64,000 nt of DNA from Malacoraja senta (Eukaryota), in assembly GCA_038087875.1 (NCBI GenBank), contig JAXLNO010002870.1:1-64000 (forward strand), given 5' to 3'. The notes beneath the pieces were generated by a model. The model was not told the DNA's origin. It saw only the letters and a list, made by a program, of their open reading frames with translations, and made no database searches. Position numbers and translations under genes: made by a program. Shown here piece by piece: positions 48,736 to 60,227 of the stretch. Numbering within the stretch: position 1 is the stretch's first letter; every line of letters begins with the position of its first letter.

Positions 48736-49790
48736 GCAGATGCCAGAGGATTGGGAAACTTTCATAGGACAACAGAAGGAAACAAAACGGGCAATACGGG
48801 CTGAAAAGATGAAGTACGAAAGGAAGCTGGCCAGGAATGTAAAGAAGGACAGTAAAAGCTTCTTTAAATATGTTAAGGGAAAAAGAGTTGCAAAGTCAAA
48901 TGTGGGTCCCTTGAAGGCAGACACAGGTGAAATTATTATGGGCAACAAGGAAATGGCAGAAGAGTTGAATAGGTACTTCGGATCTGTCTTCACTAAGGAA
49001 GAGACAAACAATCTCCCAGATGTACTGAAGGACAGAGAATCTAAGGGGGTAGAGGAACTGAAAGAAATTTTCATTAGGCGAGAAATAGTATTGGGTAGGC
49101 TAATGGGACTGAAGGATGATAAATCCCCCGGGCCTGATGGTCTGCATCCCAGGGTCCTCAGGGAGGTGGCTCTAGAAATAGTGGATGCATTGGTGATCAT
49201 TTTCCAATGTTTAATAGATTCAGGATCAGTTGCTGTGGATTGGAGGATAGCTAATGTTATCCCACTTTTCAAGAAAGGAGTGAGAGAGAAAACGGGGAAT
49301 TACAGACCAATTAGCCTGACTTCGGTGGTGACATTTGGATAGCAGTAAAAGGATTAGTCCAAGTCAACAAGGATTTATGAAAGGGAAATCATGCTTGACT
49401 AATCTTCTGGAGTTTTTTGAGGATGTGACAAGTAAAATGGATGAAGGGGTGCCAGTGGATGTAGTGTATCTAGACTTTCAGAAAGCCTTTAATAAGGTCC
49501 CGCACGAGAGACTGGTGACTCAAATTAGAGCACATGGTGTTGGGGGTAGGGTGTTGACATGGATAGAAAATTAGTTGGCAGACCGGACGCAAAGAGTAGG
49601 AGTGAACGGGTCCTTTTCAGATTAGCAGGCAGTGGCGAGTGGAGTGCCGCAAGGCTCGGTGTTGGGGCCGCAACTGTTTACCATATATATTAATGATTTG
49701 GAAGAAGGAATTAGGAGCAACACTAGCGAGTTTGCGGATGACACAAAACTGGGTGGCAGTGTGAACTGTGAAGTGGATATATATGTGTGG
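48736..49790 (+). mobile_element. CR1 fragment (second subfamily), internally deleted
   Basis: Same subfamily as 10555-12450 ([29 protein letters not shown]); ends at a (TA/TG)n microsatellite. Confidence 0.85.
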
Positions 49791-49849
49791 ATATATATAT
49801 ATATGTGTGTATATATATACACATGGTAAATGGAAGCGAATTACATGGT

Positions 49850-51790
49850 AAATGGTAGCGAATTACATGGTAAAAGGTAGCGTATTGAGGAATGTAGTTG
49901 AACATAGGGATCTAGGAATAACTGTGCATAGTTCCCTGAAGGTGGAATCTCATATAGATAGGGTGGTAAAGAAACCTTTTGGTGTGCTGACCTTTATAAA
50001 TCAGAGCATTGAGTATAGAAGTTGGGATGTAATGTTAAAATTGTACAAGGCATTGGTGAGGCCAATTCTGGAGTATGGTGTACAATTTTGTTCGCCAAAT
50101 TATAGGAAAGATGTCAACAAAATAGAGAGAGTATAGAGGAGATTTACTAGAATGTTGCCTGGGTTTCAGCAACTAAGTTACAGAGAAACATAGAAAATAG
50201 GTGCAGGAGTAGGCCATTCGGCCCTTCGAGCCTCCACCGCCATTCAATATTATCATGGCTCAGTATCCAACTCAGTATCCTGTACCTGCCTTCTCTCCAT
50301 ACCCCCTGATCCCTTTAGCCACAAGGGCCACATCTAACTCCCTCTTAAATATAGCCTATGAACTGGCCTCAATTACCTTCTGTGGCAGAGAATTCCACAG
50401 ATTCACCACTGTGTGAAAAATGTTTTCTCATCTCGGTCACAAAAGACTTCCCCCTTATCCTTAAACTGTGACCCGTTGTTCTGGACTTCCCCAACATCGG
50501 GAACAATCTTCCTGCATCTAGCCTGTCCAACCCCTTAAGAATTTTGTACGTTTCTATAAGATCCCCCCTCAATCTTCTAAATTCTAGCGAGTACAAGCCG
50601 AGTCTATCCAGTCTTTCTTCATATGAAAGTCCTGCCATCCCAGGAATCAGTCTGGTGAACCTTCTCTGTACTCCCTCTTTGGCAAGAATGTCTTTCCTCA
50701 GATTAGGCGAGCAAAACTGTACGCAATACTCCAGGTGTGGTCTCACCAAGACCCTGTACAACTGCAGTAGAACCTCCCTGCTCTTATACTCAAATTATTT
50801 TGCTATGAATGCTAACATACCATTTGCTTTCTTCACTGCCTGCTGCACCTGCATGCTTACTTTCAATGACTGGTGTACCATGACACCCAGGTCTCGTTGC
50901 ATCTCCCCTTTTCCTAATCGGCCACCATTCAGATAATAGTCTACTTTCCTGTTTTGGCCACCAAAGTGGATAACCTCAAATTTATCCACATTATACTGCA
51001 TCTGCCATGCATTTGCCCACTCACCCAACCTATCCAAGTCACCTTTCAGCCTCCTAGCATCTTCCTCACAGCTAACACTGCCCCCCAGCCAAACTTGGAG
51101 ATGTTGCATTCAATTCCCTCATCCAGATCATTAATATATATTGTAAATAGCTGGGGTCCCAGCACACAGCACCTCACTAGTCACTGAAGAAGGGTTTCGG
51201 CCCGAAACGTTACCTATTTCCATCGCTCCATAGATGCTGCTGCACCCGCTGAGTTTCTCCAGCATTTTTGTGTACCTCACTAGTCACTGCCTGCCATTCT
51301 GAAAAGGACCCGTTTCCTCCTACTCTTTGCTTCCTGTCTGCCAGCCAGTTCTCTATCCACATCAATACTGAACACCCAATACCGTGTGCTTTAAGTTAGC
51401 ATACTAATCTCTTATGTGGAACCTTGTCGAAAGCCTTCTGAAAGTCCAGATATAACACATCCACTGGTTCTCCCTGATCCACTCTACTAGTTGCATCCTC
51501 GAAAAATTCTATAAGATTCGTCACACATGATTTACCTTTCATAAATGCATGCTGACTTTGTCCAATGATTTGACCACTTTTCAAATGTGCTGCTATCCCA
51601 TCTTTAATAACTGACTCTAGCAGTTTCCCCACTAACTGGTCTGTAATTCCCCGTTTTCTCTCTCCCTCCCTTTTTAAAAAGTGGGGTTACATTAGCTACC
51701 CTCCAATCCTCAGGAACTACTCCAGAATCTAAAGAGTTTTGAAAAATTATCACTAATGCATCCACTATTTCTGGGGCTACTTACTTAAGT
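49850..51790. mobile_element. CR1 fragments: plus strand ~49850-50185, minus strand ~50190-51790
   Basis: RT and C-terminal motifs in ORFs 49852-50136 (+) and 50369-50761, 50795-51109, 51396-51632 (-). Confidence 0.85.
51184..51211 (+). ncRNA. Minimal hammerhead-ribozyme-like core at the start of a Penelope-like short repeat
   Basis: CTGAAGA-A-GGGT(TTCG)GCCC-GAAAC-GTT. The insert is flanked by a ~16-bp direct repeat, acctcactagtcactg. Related cores lie at 61965-61992 (intact), 12886-12913, 58790-58817, 1843-1870 (minus) and ~6990. Confidence 0.5.
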
Positions 51791-51829
51791 ACTCTGGGAT
51801 GCAGCCTATCTGGCCTTGGGGATTTATCG

Positions 51830-53060
51830 GCCTCTCCTCCCCTCTCCATCCTTACTTCTCCTCTCCTTTACATACCTCTCCTCTTTCCCATCCTCCCTTC
51901 ACCTCTCCACACATCCTCTCCTCCCCTCCCCTCTCGTCTGTTCTAAACTCCCCTCATCCACTCTCCTCTTCCCTCCCATCTCCCCTCCTCTCTCCTTCCA
52001 TCATCCCGTCCTCTCCTCTCCACACCACCTCTCTTCTCCCCTCCTCCACTCCTCACATCTCCCCTCTTCACTCTCCTATCACCTCCACTACCCTCCTCCC
52101 CTCCATTCTCCCCTCCTCGCCTACATTCTCCCCTACTCTCCTCTCCTCTACCCCTACACTCCCTCTCCGTCGCCTCTCTCCCCCTCTCCTGCCATTCTCT
52201 CCTCTCCTCTACCCTGTCCTCTCTTCTACCCTCTCCTCCCCCTCCCCCCCCCATCTTCTCTCCTCCCTCTTCTCTCCTCCCTCCTACCTTCTACTCTCCT
52301 CCTTTCTCTTCTCCCCTCTCCCCCCTTCTCCTCCTCTCTCCTCTCCCCTACTCTGCCTCCCTCACCTCCCTTCTCTCCTCTCACCCCACCCCCCTCCACT
52401 CCTATACTTTCCACTCTTCTATCCCCTCCCCTACTCTTCACCCCCTCCTCTCAACTCTCCTCCCCTCCCCATCCTTATTTCTCCTCTCCTTTACTTTCCT
52501 CTTCTCTCTCCCCTCCCCTCCTCTGCCCTCTTCACTCCTCCCCTCACCCCTTCTCCCCTCTCTGCTTCTCTCTCCCCCTCCCTTCAAATCCAACACCAAA
52601 GATAATATAGTGGAGGTGAGAGATTGTTCTCTACTCTCCTCTTCCCTCTCTCTCCTCTCCTGCACTCCCCTCTCCCCTCGTCTCCACATCTCCTCTCTTT
52701 TCTTCCCCTCTCCTCCCCTGCTCTCTGCTACCTCCCTCTCTCCTCTCCTTTCTCCCCCTCTCCCCTCTCCTCACCTCTCCTCTTGCCCCTCCCCTCCCCT
52801 CCCCTCTGCTCTTCTCTCCCCTCCCCTCTCCTCTCTCCTCCTACCCACTCCTCTGCACCCCTTCTCCCCTTATCTCTCATCCCCTCTCTCTCCCCTCAAA
52901 ACCAGCACCAAAAATAATTGCAATATGGACTAGGTGAGAGATTGTCTCCTCTGCTCTCCCCTCCTCTCCCCTCTCTTCACCCTTCCCCTCTCCTCTCCCT
53001 CCCCTTCACTCCCCTCTTCCCTCCCCTCCATTCCTCCTCTTCTCTCCTCTTTTTCTTTCC
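51830..53060. repeat. Polypyrimidine low-complexity tract with an embedded ~45-nt repeated motif
   Basis: C/T-rich tract; the motif CAAATCCAGCACCAAAGATAAT...ATAG/GG..GGTGAGA occurs at 52585, 52897 and 53678. Confidence 0.9.
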
Positions 53061-53061
53061 T

Positions 53062-53635
53062 TTTCAAAAACTTTATTAAGCACAAACACAGGATACATCA
53101 AAAACACAATCAGAAGTTACAATGTATCAAATAATCATTATAGTACAATAATGCATTCATTATTTACGATACTCTCAACCCCATGTGGTGACCAGCGCCC
53201 ATGGAAGGCATCCAGAGTCCCCAAGGACACCACGTGTTCCCTCTCCAGGGACCCGCGAGCACGTATGTAGGCCCGGAAGAGGGGCAGACAGCCGACTCTA
53301 GCATGACCATCGACCGCCCACTGCCTGGACCCACGAATGGCCATCTTGGCCAGGCCCAGGAACAAACCGACAGGGAGGTCCCACCCCCCGATCGGCTCTC
53401 CTCACTCCCTGCCTTGTGTCCAAACACTAGAATCATGGGACTAAAATGCAACCAGAACTTGAGGAACAACCCCTTCAGATATTGGTACAGGGGCAGTAAC
53501 CTCTCACACTCCATATACGCGTGGAACACGGTTTCCTCCTCACCACAGAAAATACAGGCGGCCGACGAGCCCGTGATCCGACTCAAAAGTTCATTACACG
53601 CCACCACACTCTCCATCCCAGGTCCCCAATGTAAA
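53062..53635 (-). mobile_element. Tx1-type LINE 3' fragment inserted in the TC-rich tract
   Basis: ACIFCGEEETVFHAYMECERL zinc-knuckle C-terminus, AATAAA and a short A-rich end at ~53062-53080. Confidence 0.85.
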
Positions 53636-53721
53636 GGGGCTCCCCTCTCCTCCCTGCTTCTCTCTCTCCTCTCCCATCAAATCCAGCACCAAAGATAATT
53701 GTAATATAGTGGAGGTGAGAA

Positions 53722-56700
53722 TATTATGACTGCTTCCTACGCAGTTGAAGACTTTGATCTCCGGGCTCTGATAGTTTCAATTCTGACACAAACGTTATCA
53801 CCCTCCACAATAAGTGTTTGAAAGCAAAATCAGCTCATGTGGCCCAAGTGACTGAGTGTGTAAACAGTGCACACACGAGAGTGAGCTGAGTAGAACTAGA
53901 CTCATGATGCTGCTTCAGAGGACAAGTGGCAGTGCAGGTCAGTCAGCGGCAATGAATGAATGAATCATTCTCTTCCTCCCCCAATGATTCTGAAGTGAAA
54001 CGGGAAAATACATCTAATGCAGAATTTCATCCCAATCTGCAGCAGGAGGGGGACCTTGATACTTCTAACCATTTATGATTTGCTCTGCTGTCGCTGGAGA
54101 GTCAGCCACTAATTTATTTCAGATAGTTTCTATCAATTACTGAAACGCCTCAAAGTCTTCACTGGAGCACAGTCACACCAAACTGACACTAGTCTGTAGC
54201 CATTTTGCTACAGGTATGTAGTTGCGTACTGGCCAGAACAGATATGATGACACATTCCCTTCCATGAAGTGCAGCAGTGAACTATCGACATGCGTCACCA
54301 CCAACGGAAGCATTTTACGTCAGAATGCATTTATTAATAAAATTGAAATTCCCAGATCATGGGTTGGAATTTTGAGCTCATGTCGATGCGGGGGATGAAT
54401 CTGCTGAGTCTGCTTTGGTGCTTGTGAGCAACACTGCAACGTGACACAGCAAGTGGTACAAAGGTGAAAGGAGTGCAGGCTTATGTGCCCAGAGTTGGAA
54501 GAATGACACCTTTACAGAAGGTTGTGTTTGTGGTAAAGGTTTCAGAGATGGTGAGACACATGGTCAGAGTAAGACTGCGATATCAGCATGTGACATTCTT
54601 AAACCGAGGGAATCCCAGGCTTGGCCTACAAGGAGAAAAGTAGCTTTTCTCATTCATGTTGCTCAGTATTACTAATCGATGCTGCAGGGGTTCCAAGCAA
54701 AGCACATATCAAATTGTGCCCCTGTAATGTACCAGCTGATCATGGTGATGGGAAAGAGAGTCAAATCCCAGTTGACGGCTCCTTTGTTCTGGGTTTTTTT
54801 CAGTCAAAGCACCCAACCTGCTATTTAACACGAGTTTTTCTGCTATTCTGTTTTCAATAATCTAGCCAGTGTATAGTTTGATCTGCCATTGGTCAGTCTT
54901 TTGCAATAAATCTAGCCAGTGTATAGTTTGATCTGCCATTGATCAGTCTTTTATGTGATGACATAAACATCTTAAAGTTCTTTTATAAGACACCTGTTTG
55001 GATTTCTACCCTGGCTTTCCATAAAGAGCCTGTCCCAATTCCGCAATTTTGATACAATGATACAATTTATTTGTTGTCATTTGAACCTAAGTTCAAACGA
55101 AATTTGGTTTCTGCAGTCATGCAAACAAGCACAAAGAACCAAGACACAACACAATTTACACACAAACATCCATCACAGTGAATCTCCTCCTCACTGTGAT
55201 GGAAGGCAAAGTCTTGTCTCTCCCCTGCTCTCCTCATTTTCCTCCCGATGTCAAAGTCAAAGCCCCCAGCGGGCGATGGTAAGTCCCGCGGCCATTAAAG
55301 CCGCGCCGGAGCGATGCAAGGCCGCGCTCCGGGTCTTGATGTTGGAGCCCTTGGCGGGCGCCAGCAAGTCCCGCGGCCATTTAAAGCCGCGCTGTGCGAT
55401 GTAAGGCCCCGCTCCAGGTCATTTTCAACCCCGCAACTCGGGCGGGAGAAGTTGCCGTTGCGGGAGCTCCGAAATTTTTTTCTGCAACTACCGGCACCCG
55501 TCATAGTCGGGTAAAATGTTCAACATGTTGAAAATCCAACGGTGACCAGAAGACTCTACGACTCTTTGGGAGACTGAGGAGACTACTCATGACCATACTG
55601 GCGACATGTGAAGCCTGTATGGTCGTGAGTAGTTGCCAAAAGAGTCGTACCTTGTTCTGGATTTTCAACATGTTGAACATTTTCGGCCACCTGTAACGAC
55701 CAATGACGGGTGCTGGCAGTCGCTGAAAAAGTTGCGTAAGTGGGACAGGCCCTTGAGGAAGAGGGTCTCACATCTACTTTGCTCCTCTGTTCCAGTTGAA
55801 ACAAAAAGACTCAAGGTCAGCCTGCTGCCTCCAGCTCATCAAGAGACCACGCGTAGCCACACAGCCACCCTCGAATGTGTGCTCTCTGGTTTCTACCCGG
55901 ACCTCATAAACGTCACTTGGGAGAAAGACGGAGCCCCGATCTCCTCCACCACCAACGCTACACCGACTGCTCTGGAGCAGGGGGGGACTTTCAGTGCTTG
56001 CCACTTCCTGACTGTGAGTTCAGAGGATTGGAAGAAAGGCTCAGTCTTCGGCTGTACAGTGTCTCATCCCCCCTCGAACACCAGTATCAGTCGGGAAGTG
56101 AAAAGCTTTCAAGGTACGGTGCTGGGATTCACTTTAATGAACACATCTTTTACCCCGTCACAAAATAGGGCCAGGCAAGTTTAGCTCTGAAGGACAGGTG
56201 TTGCAGTGTGTGAGTGAGTGAGTGATAACCAAGAGGCCTAGACTAGGGTCAAGAAGAGTGAAGAGTGTTTTATTGTCATATGCCCCAGACAGGACAATGC
56301 ATTTCATGCTTGCTGCAGCACAACAGAATATGTGAATATGTAAACATAGTGCATAACGGGGGAAGAGAAAAATAGAAAAAGATCAATAAATAACAAATAG
56401 TGCAAATAACAAATAATAATATAATCTTTTGCAGTTCAGAGCTCAGAGCTTATTCGTTGTGTTTAATAGCCTGATGGCTGCAGGGAAGTAGATGTTCCTG
56501 TACCTGGACGTTACAGTTTTCAGGCTCCTGTAACTGCTTCCTGATGGCAATGGTGAGATGAGTGTGTGGCCAGGATGGTGTGGGTCTTTGATGATTTTGG
56601 CTGCCTTTTTGAGGCAGCGACTACGATAGATCCCTTCGACAGTCAAAGCCGGCGATGAACTGGGCAGTAGTCACAACTTTTGTAGTCTTTTTCGCTCCTG

Positions 56701-59615
56701 GACGTTCAAGTTGCCGAACCAGGCCACGATGCAACCAGAACTAGGGCACAATGCTAAATATCTCTGTACTTTTACATCTTCAGTTTATTCCAAAACTGCT
56801 CAGTAGCCAGGACACTGAGAAGACCAAGCCTTCTGTTCTTCAAAATTAATGTCACACGGTCAGTCCACTCATTGTTGTCGGCCCTCTGTGTGTGGCATCT
56901 CAGTCTAGTTGGCTTGCTGCTAATTTGAAGAGTGGAGTTGAGTATTTGTACTTGTACAATTGTTTGTCGACACTGGAAAAGAGGTCCATCAGAAAGTCCA
57001 TTGAGTGGATGGAGCTGGGTACAAGCGTGTTGGCATTGGAGTGATCATGGAGTCATAGATTTATACAGGACGGTAACAGGCCCTTCGGCTCAGCTTGCCT
57101 TTGCCAACCAAGTGCCCGATCTACACTAGTCCCGTCTCCCCGTGTTTGGCCTAAATCCTGATCATCTCATGTTCATGTGATAGGAGCAGAATTAGGCCAT
57201 TCAGCCCATCAAGTATACTCTGCCATTCAATCATGGCTGATCTATCTCGCCTTCCTAACCCCATTCTCTTGCCTTCTCCCCTTGACACCAATACTAATCA
57301 AGAATCAATCTATCTCTGCTTTAAAAATACCCATTGAGTGGGCCTCCACAGCCTTCTGTGGCAATGACTTCCTCAGATTCACTACCCTGTGACAAAACAA
57401 ATTCCTCCTCATCTTCCTAGAGGAACCTCCTTTAATTCTGAGGCTATGGTCCTCGACTCTCCCACCAGTGGAATCATCCTCTTTACATCCGCTCAGTCCA
57501 GGCCTTTCACTATTCGTCCTATCCATGTACCTGTCCAAATAACTTTAAAACATTGTCATAGTTTCTGCATGAACTACCTCCTCCTGCAGCACATTCCATG
57601 TACCCAGTGCCCTCTGTGTGAAAAGGTTGCCCCTCAGATTCCCATTAAATCTGTCCCCCCTCACTTTAAACCCATGCCCTGGTTCTTGATTGCACTACTC
57701 TGGGTGAAGGAGCCTGGTTGTACATACGTGTGTCTAACCATCTCATGCACTCTGTCAAATGTGGTTATCTCCTCTTGTGATATTGTGCCGATAGTAACAA
57801 GACCAGGCTGTGGTTAGTTGAGCAGTTGCTACTCTTGAGGAAAGGGAATGTCTCTCCAGAAAGTCACTGCTATGCAGTGTCTTGTGCAGACTGGTGTTCC
57901 AGAGTTCACATTACTCAGCCAGGGAGAGAACGTCAACTGAGAATGAAAATGGATTCCAGACCAAATTCATATCAAACATCATTTTTTGGTTAAACATAAC
58001 TGGTTGCATCATGGCTTGGTTCGGCAACTTGAACGTCCAGGAGCGGAAAAGAATGCAGAAAGTTGTGACCACTGCCCAGTCCATCATCGACTCTGACCTC
58101 CCTACCATCGAAGGGATCTATCGCAGTTGCTGCCTCAAAAAGGCTGCCAACATCATCAAAGATCCACACCATCCTGGCCACTCACTCATCTCTCCGTTGC
58201 CATCAGGAAGAAGATACAGGAGCTTGAAATCTGGAACATCGAGGTTCAGGAACAGCTACTTCCCCACAGCCATCAAACAAACTCTGAACAATAACAGCCT
58301 ATTGCACTTTATCTGTTTATTTATTGTGTATATATATGTATATATATATGGTCTATAGACACACTGAACTTTTATCTCCTGTTCTGTATTATGTTTACAT
58401 ATTCTGTTGTGCTGCAGCAAGCAAGAATTTCATTGTCTTATCTGGGACACATGACAATAAAACTCTCTTGACTCTTGAAATATCAATTACCAAAGTTTCA
58501 GAGAACTTGCAGTTACTATGATAACATCTTTTGGTCAGGTCTGATACTGCATGAAACCTGCAGAGACCCCACAAGAGGCTACATGTGTGTTTGTGTCAAT
58601 GTAACCTATCAATGTTCAATAAAGAATATACATGTAGTGTTGGTGTTGGTGTTCCCTGTTGGTGCGTTTTGGGAGGTGTTGCCAAGTTGGTGGGGAACAG
58701 GTGACCTGGATCTAAGATTGCACATTGTCTTTCTACAGATTATGTAAATATACATGTATTAGTCTCCTCCGTCCAAAGAATAGAACATTCTGAAGGAGGG
58801 TCTCGACCCGAAATGTCACCCACTCCTTCTATCCAGAGATGCTGCATGTCCTACAGAGTTTTGTGTCTATCTTTGGTGTAAACCAGCATCTGCAGTTCCT
58901 TCCCACACATTCGTGATGAACCTTTCTGGTCTTTAAAATATTCAAAGCTAATGAACAGGGAAAGGAGTTTTGATCATCTTTGTGAATGCATTTGATAAAC
59001 TCATTCAGAAAGTGGAAAGTTACAGAAGGAAGGGCCAGTGATGAGCTTTGCCTGTGGCAACGTGTTCAGGGCTGAAGCTATTCACTATATTTATTGATAG
59101 TTGAGATGTCGGATAGAAAGCCACACGACCAAGTTTGCCGCTCACACAAGGCAAGCAGAAGTGTCAACAGAGCATCTGGATGGTATCCTTGCTGAGATAA
59201 GGATAAATGAAGTGAATGGGCAAATCTGTGGCAAGAACCAGCTCTTTAAATGTGTGTGGACCACACCCAAATACACAATAGACAATAGGTGCAGGAGTAG
59301 GCCATATGGCCCTTCGATCCAGCACCGCCATTCAATGTGATCATGGCTGATCATCCCCAATCAGTACCCTGTTCCTGCCTTCTCCCCATATCCCCTGACT
59401 CTGCTATCTTTAAGAGCCCTGTCTAGCTCTCTCTTGAAAGTGTCCAGAGAACCAGCCTCGACCGCCCTCTGAGGCAGAGAAGTCCACAGACTCACAACAC
59501 TCTGTGAAAAAGTGTTTCCTTGTCTCCATTCTAAATGGCTTACTCCTTATTCGTAAACTGTGGCCCCTGGTTCTGGACTCACCCAACATCTCGAATGTGT
59601 TTCCTGCATCTAGCG
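53722..59615. repeat. Inverted segmental duplication, arm 2 (partner 1055-6989)
   Basis: Reverse-complement match; homology ends at ctagcg (59615 vs 1055) and at ttatgac (~53722 vs ~6989). Confidence 0.95.
55796..56113 (+). CDS. Orphan inverted copy of the IgW-type C1-set exon, open, with a Ser-to-Cys change
   Basis: 318 bp exon between ctgttccag and Ggtacgg; 316/318 identical to 4524-4841. The only difference is GCC AGC to GCT TGC (SAS to SAC). Confidence 0.9.
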
Positions 59616-59793
59616 AGGGAGGTCAACATTACCACAAGTCGCGTTTGGCATCAGCAAATGGCGGCCGTGACGTGACAACGTCACTACGTCAGACGATTGG
59701 TCCATCTTGCTCCTCTAGTAACTTTGGGCGGGATCGACTACATTTCCCGGCGCGCTTTGCGGCACAGCGGCCATCTACAGTGGAAGCGGGAAG
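59616..59793 (+). promoter_or_regulatory. CpG-island housekeeping-type promoter
   Basis: An abrupt CpG-rich block contains AAATGGCGGC and CCATCTT (YY1-type), TGACGT/ACGTCA (CRE/ATF-type), GATTGG (CCAAT), GGGCGGG (GC box) and GACTACATTTCCC (ZNF143/THAP11-type) motifs. Confidence 0.7.
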
Positions 59794-59874
59794 ATGTCGG
59801 CGTCGGGGAGACTGCAGAAGGACGACTTCGGCACCAAGATCGGCCGCCTGGCTCGTCGTGTGGAGGAACTCGAG
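59794..59874 (+). CDS. Probable first coding exon of an unidentified coiled-coil protein gene
   Basis: gggaagATGT context directly after the CpG promoter. It encodes MSASGRLQKDDFGTKIGRLARRVEELE and is followed by GAG/gtgaaa and a purine-rich intron-like tract. No downstream exons were identified. Confidence 0.5.
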
Positions 59875-59899
59875 GTGAAAACAAGAAAGGCCCTGGTGG

Positions 59900-60130
59900 A
59901 GACAGAGGGGGAGAGACGAGTGGCGAGGGGAGCAGTGGAGGGGGAGGTGAGGGAGAGAGGGAGGTGAGGGGTAGGGGGAGGTGAGGGGGAGGGGAGGGGA
60001 GGGGTAGGGGAGAGAAGGAGAGGGAATGGGGAAGGAGTGGAGGGGAGGAAGAGGTGAGGGGTAGGGGAGAGAAGGAGAGAGGGAGAGAGGGACTGGGGAA
60101 TGAGGGGAGAGTGGGGATAGTGGGGATCAT
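59900..60130. repeat. Polypurine (GA-rich) low-complexity tract
   Basis: gggga/ggaga degenerate repeats. Confidence 0.9.
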
Positions 60131-60227
60131 GGTTGGATTCAAATTGAGTTTATTGACATGCACAAGTATGGATAAAACAAGATATTAGTACAACAGATAT
60201 TGAGGAAAAAAGAATGTCTACTTATGC

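Noticed and set aside
54123-54213. Small exon-like segment between ttatttcag and Ggtatgt (mirrored at ~6499-6590)
   Set aside because: All three frames contain a stop in both arms, and there is no recognisable transmembrane or Ig motif.
58739-59275. Degenerate C exon (DYVNIHVLVSS... FKCV) interrupted by a short repeat
   Set aside because: It is too long after removing the insert, needs several frameshifts, and lacks the first Cys and the Trp motif.
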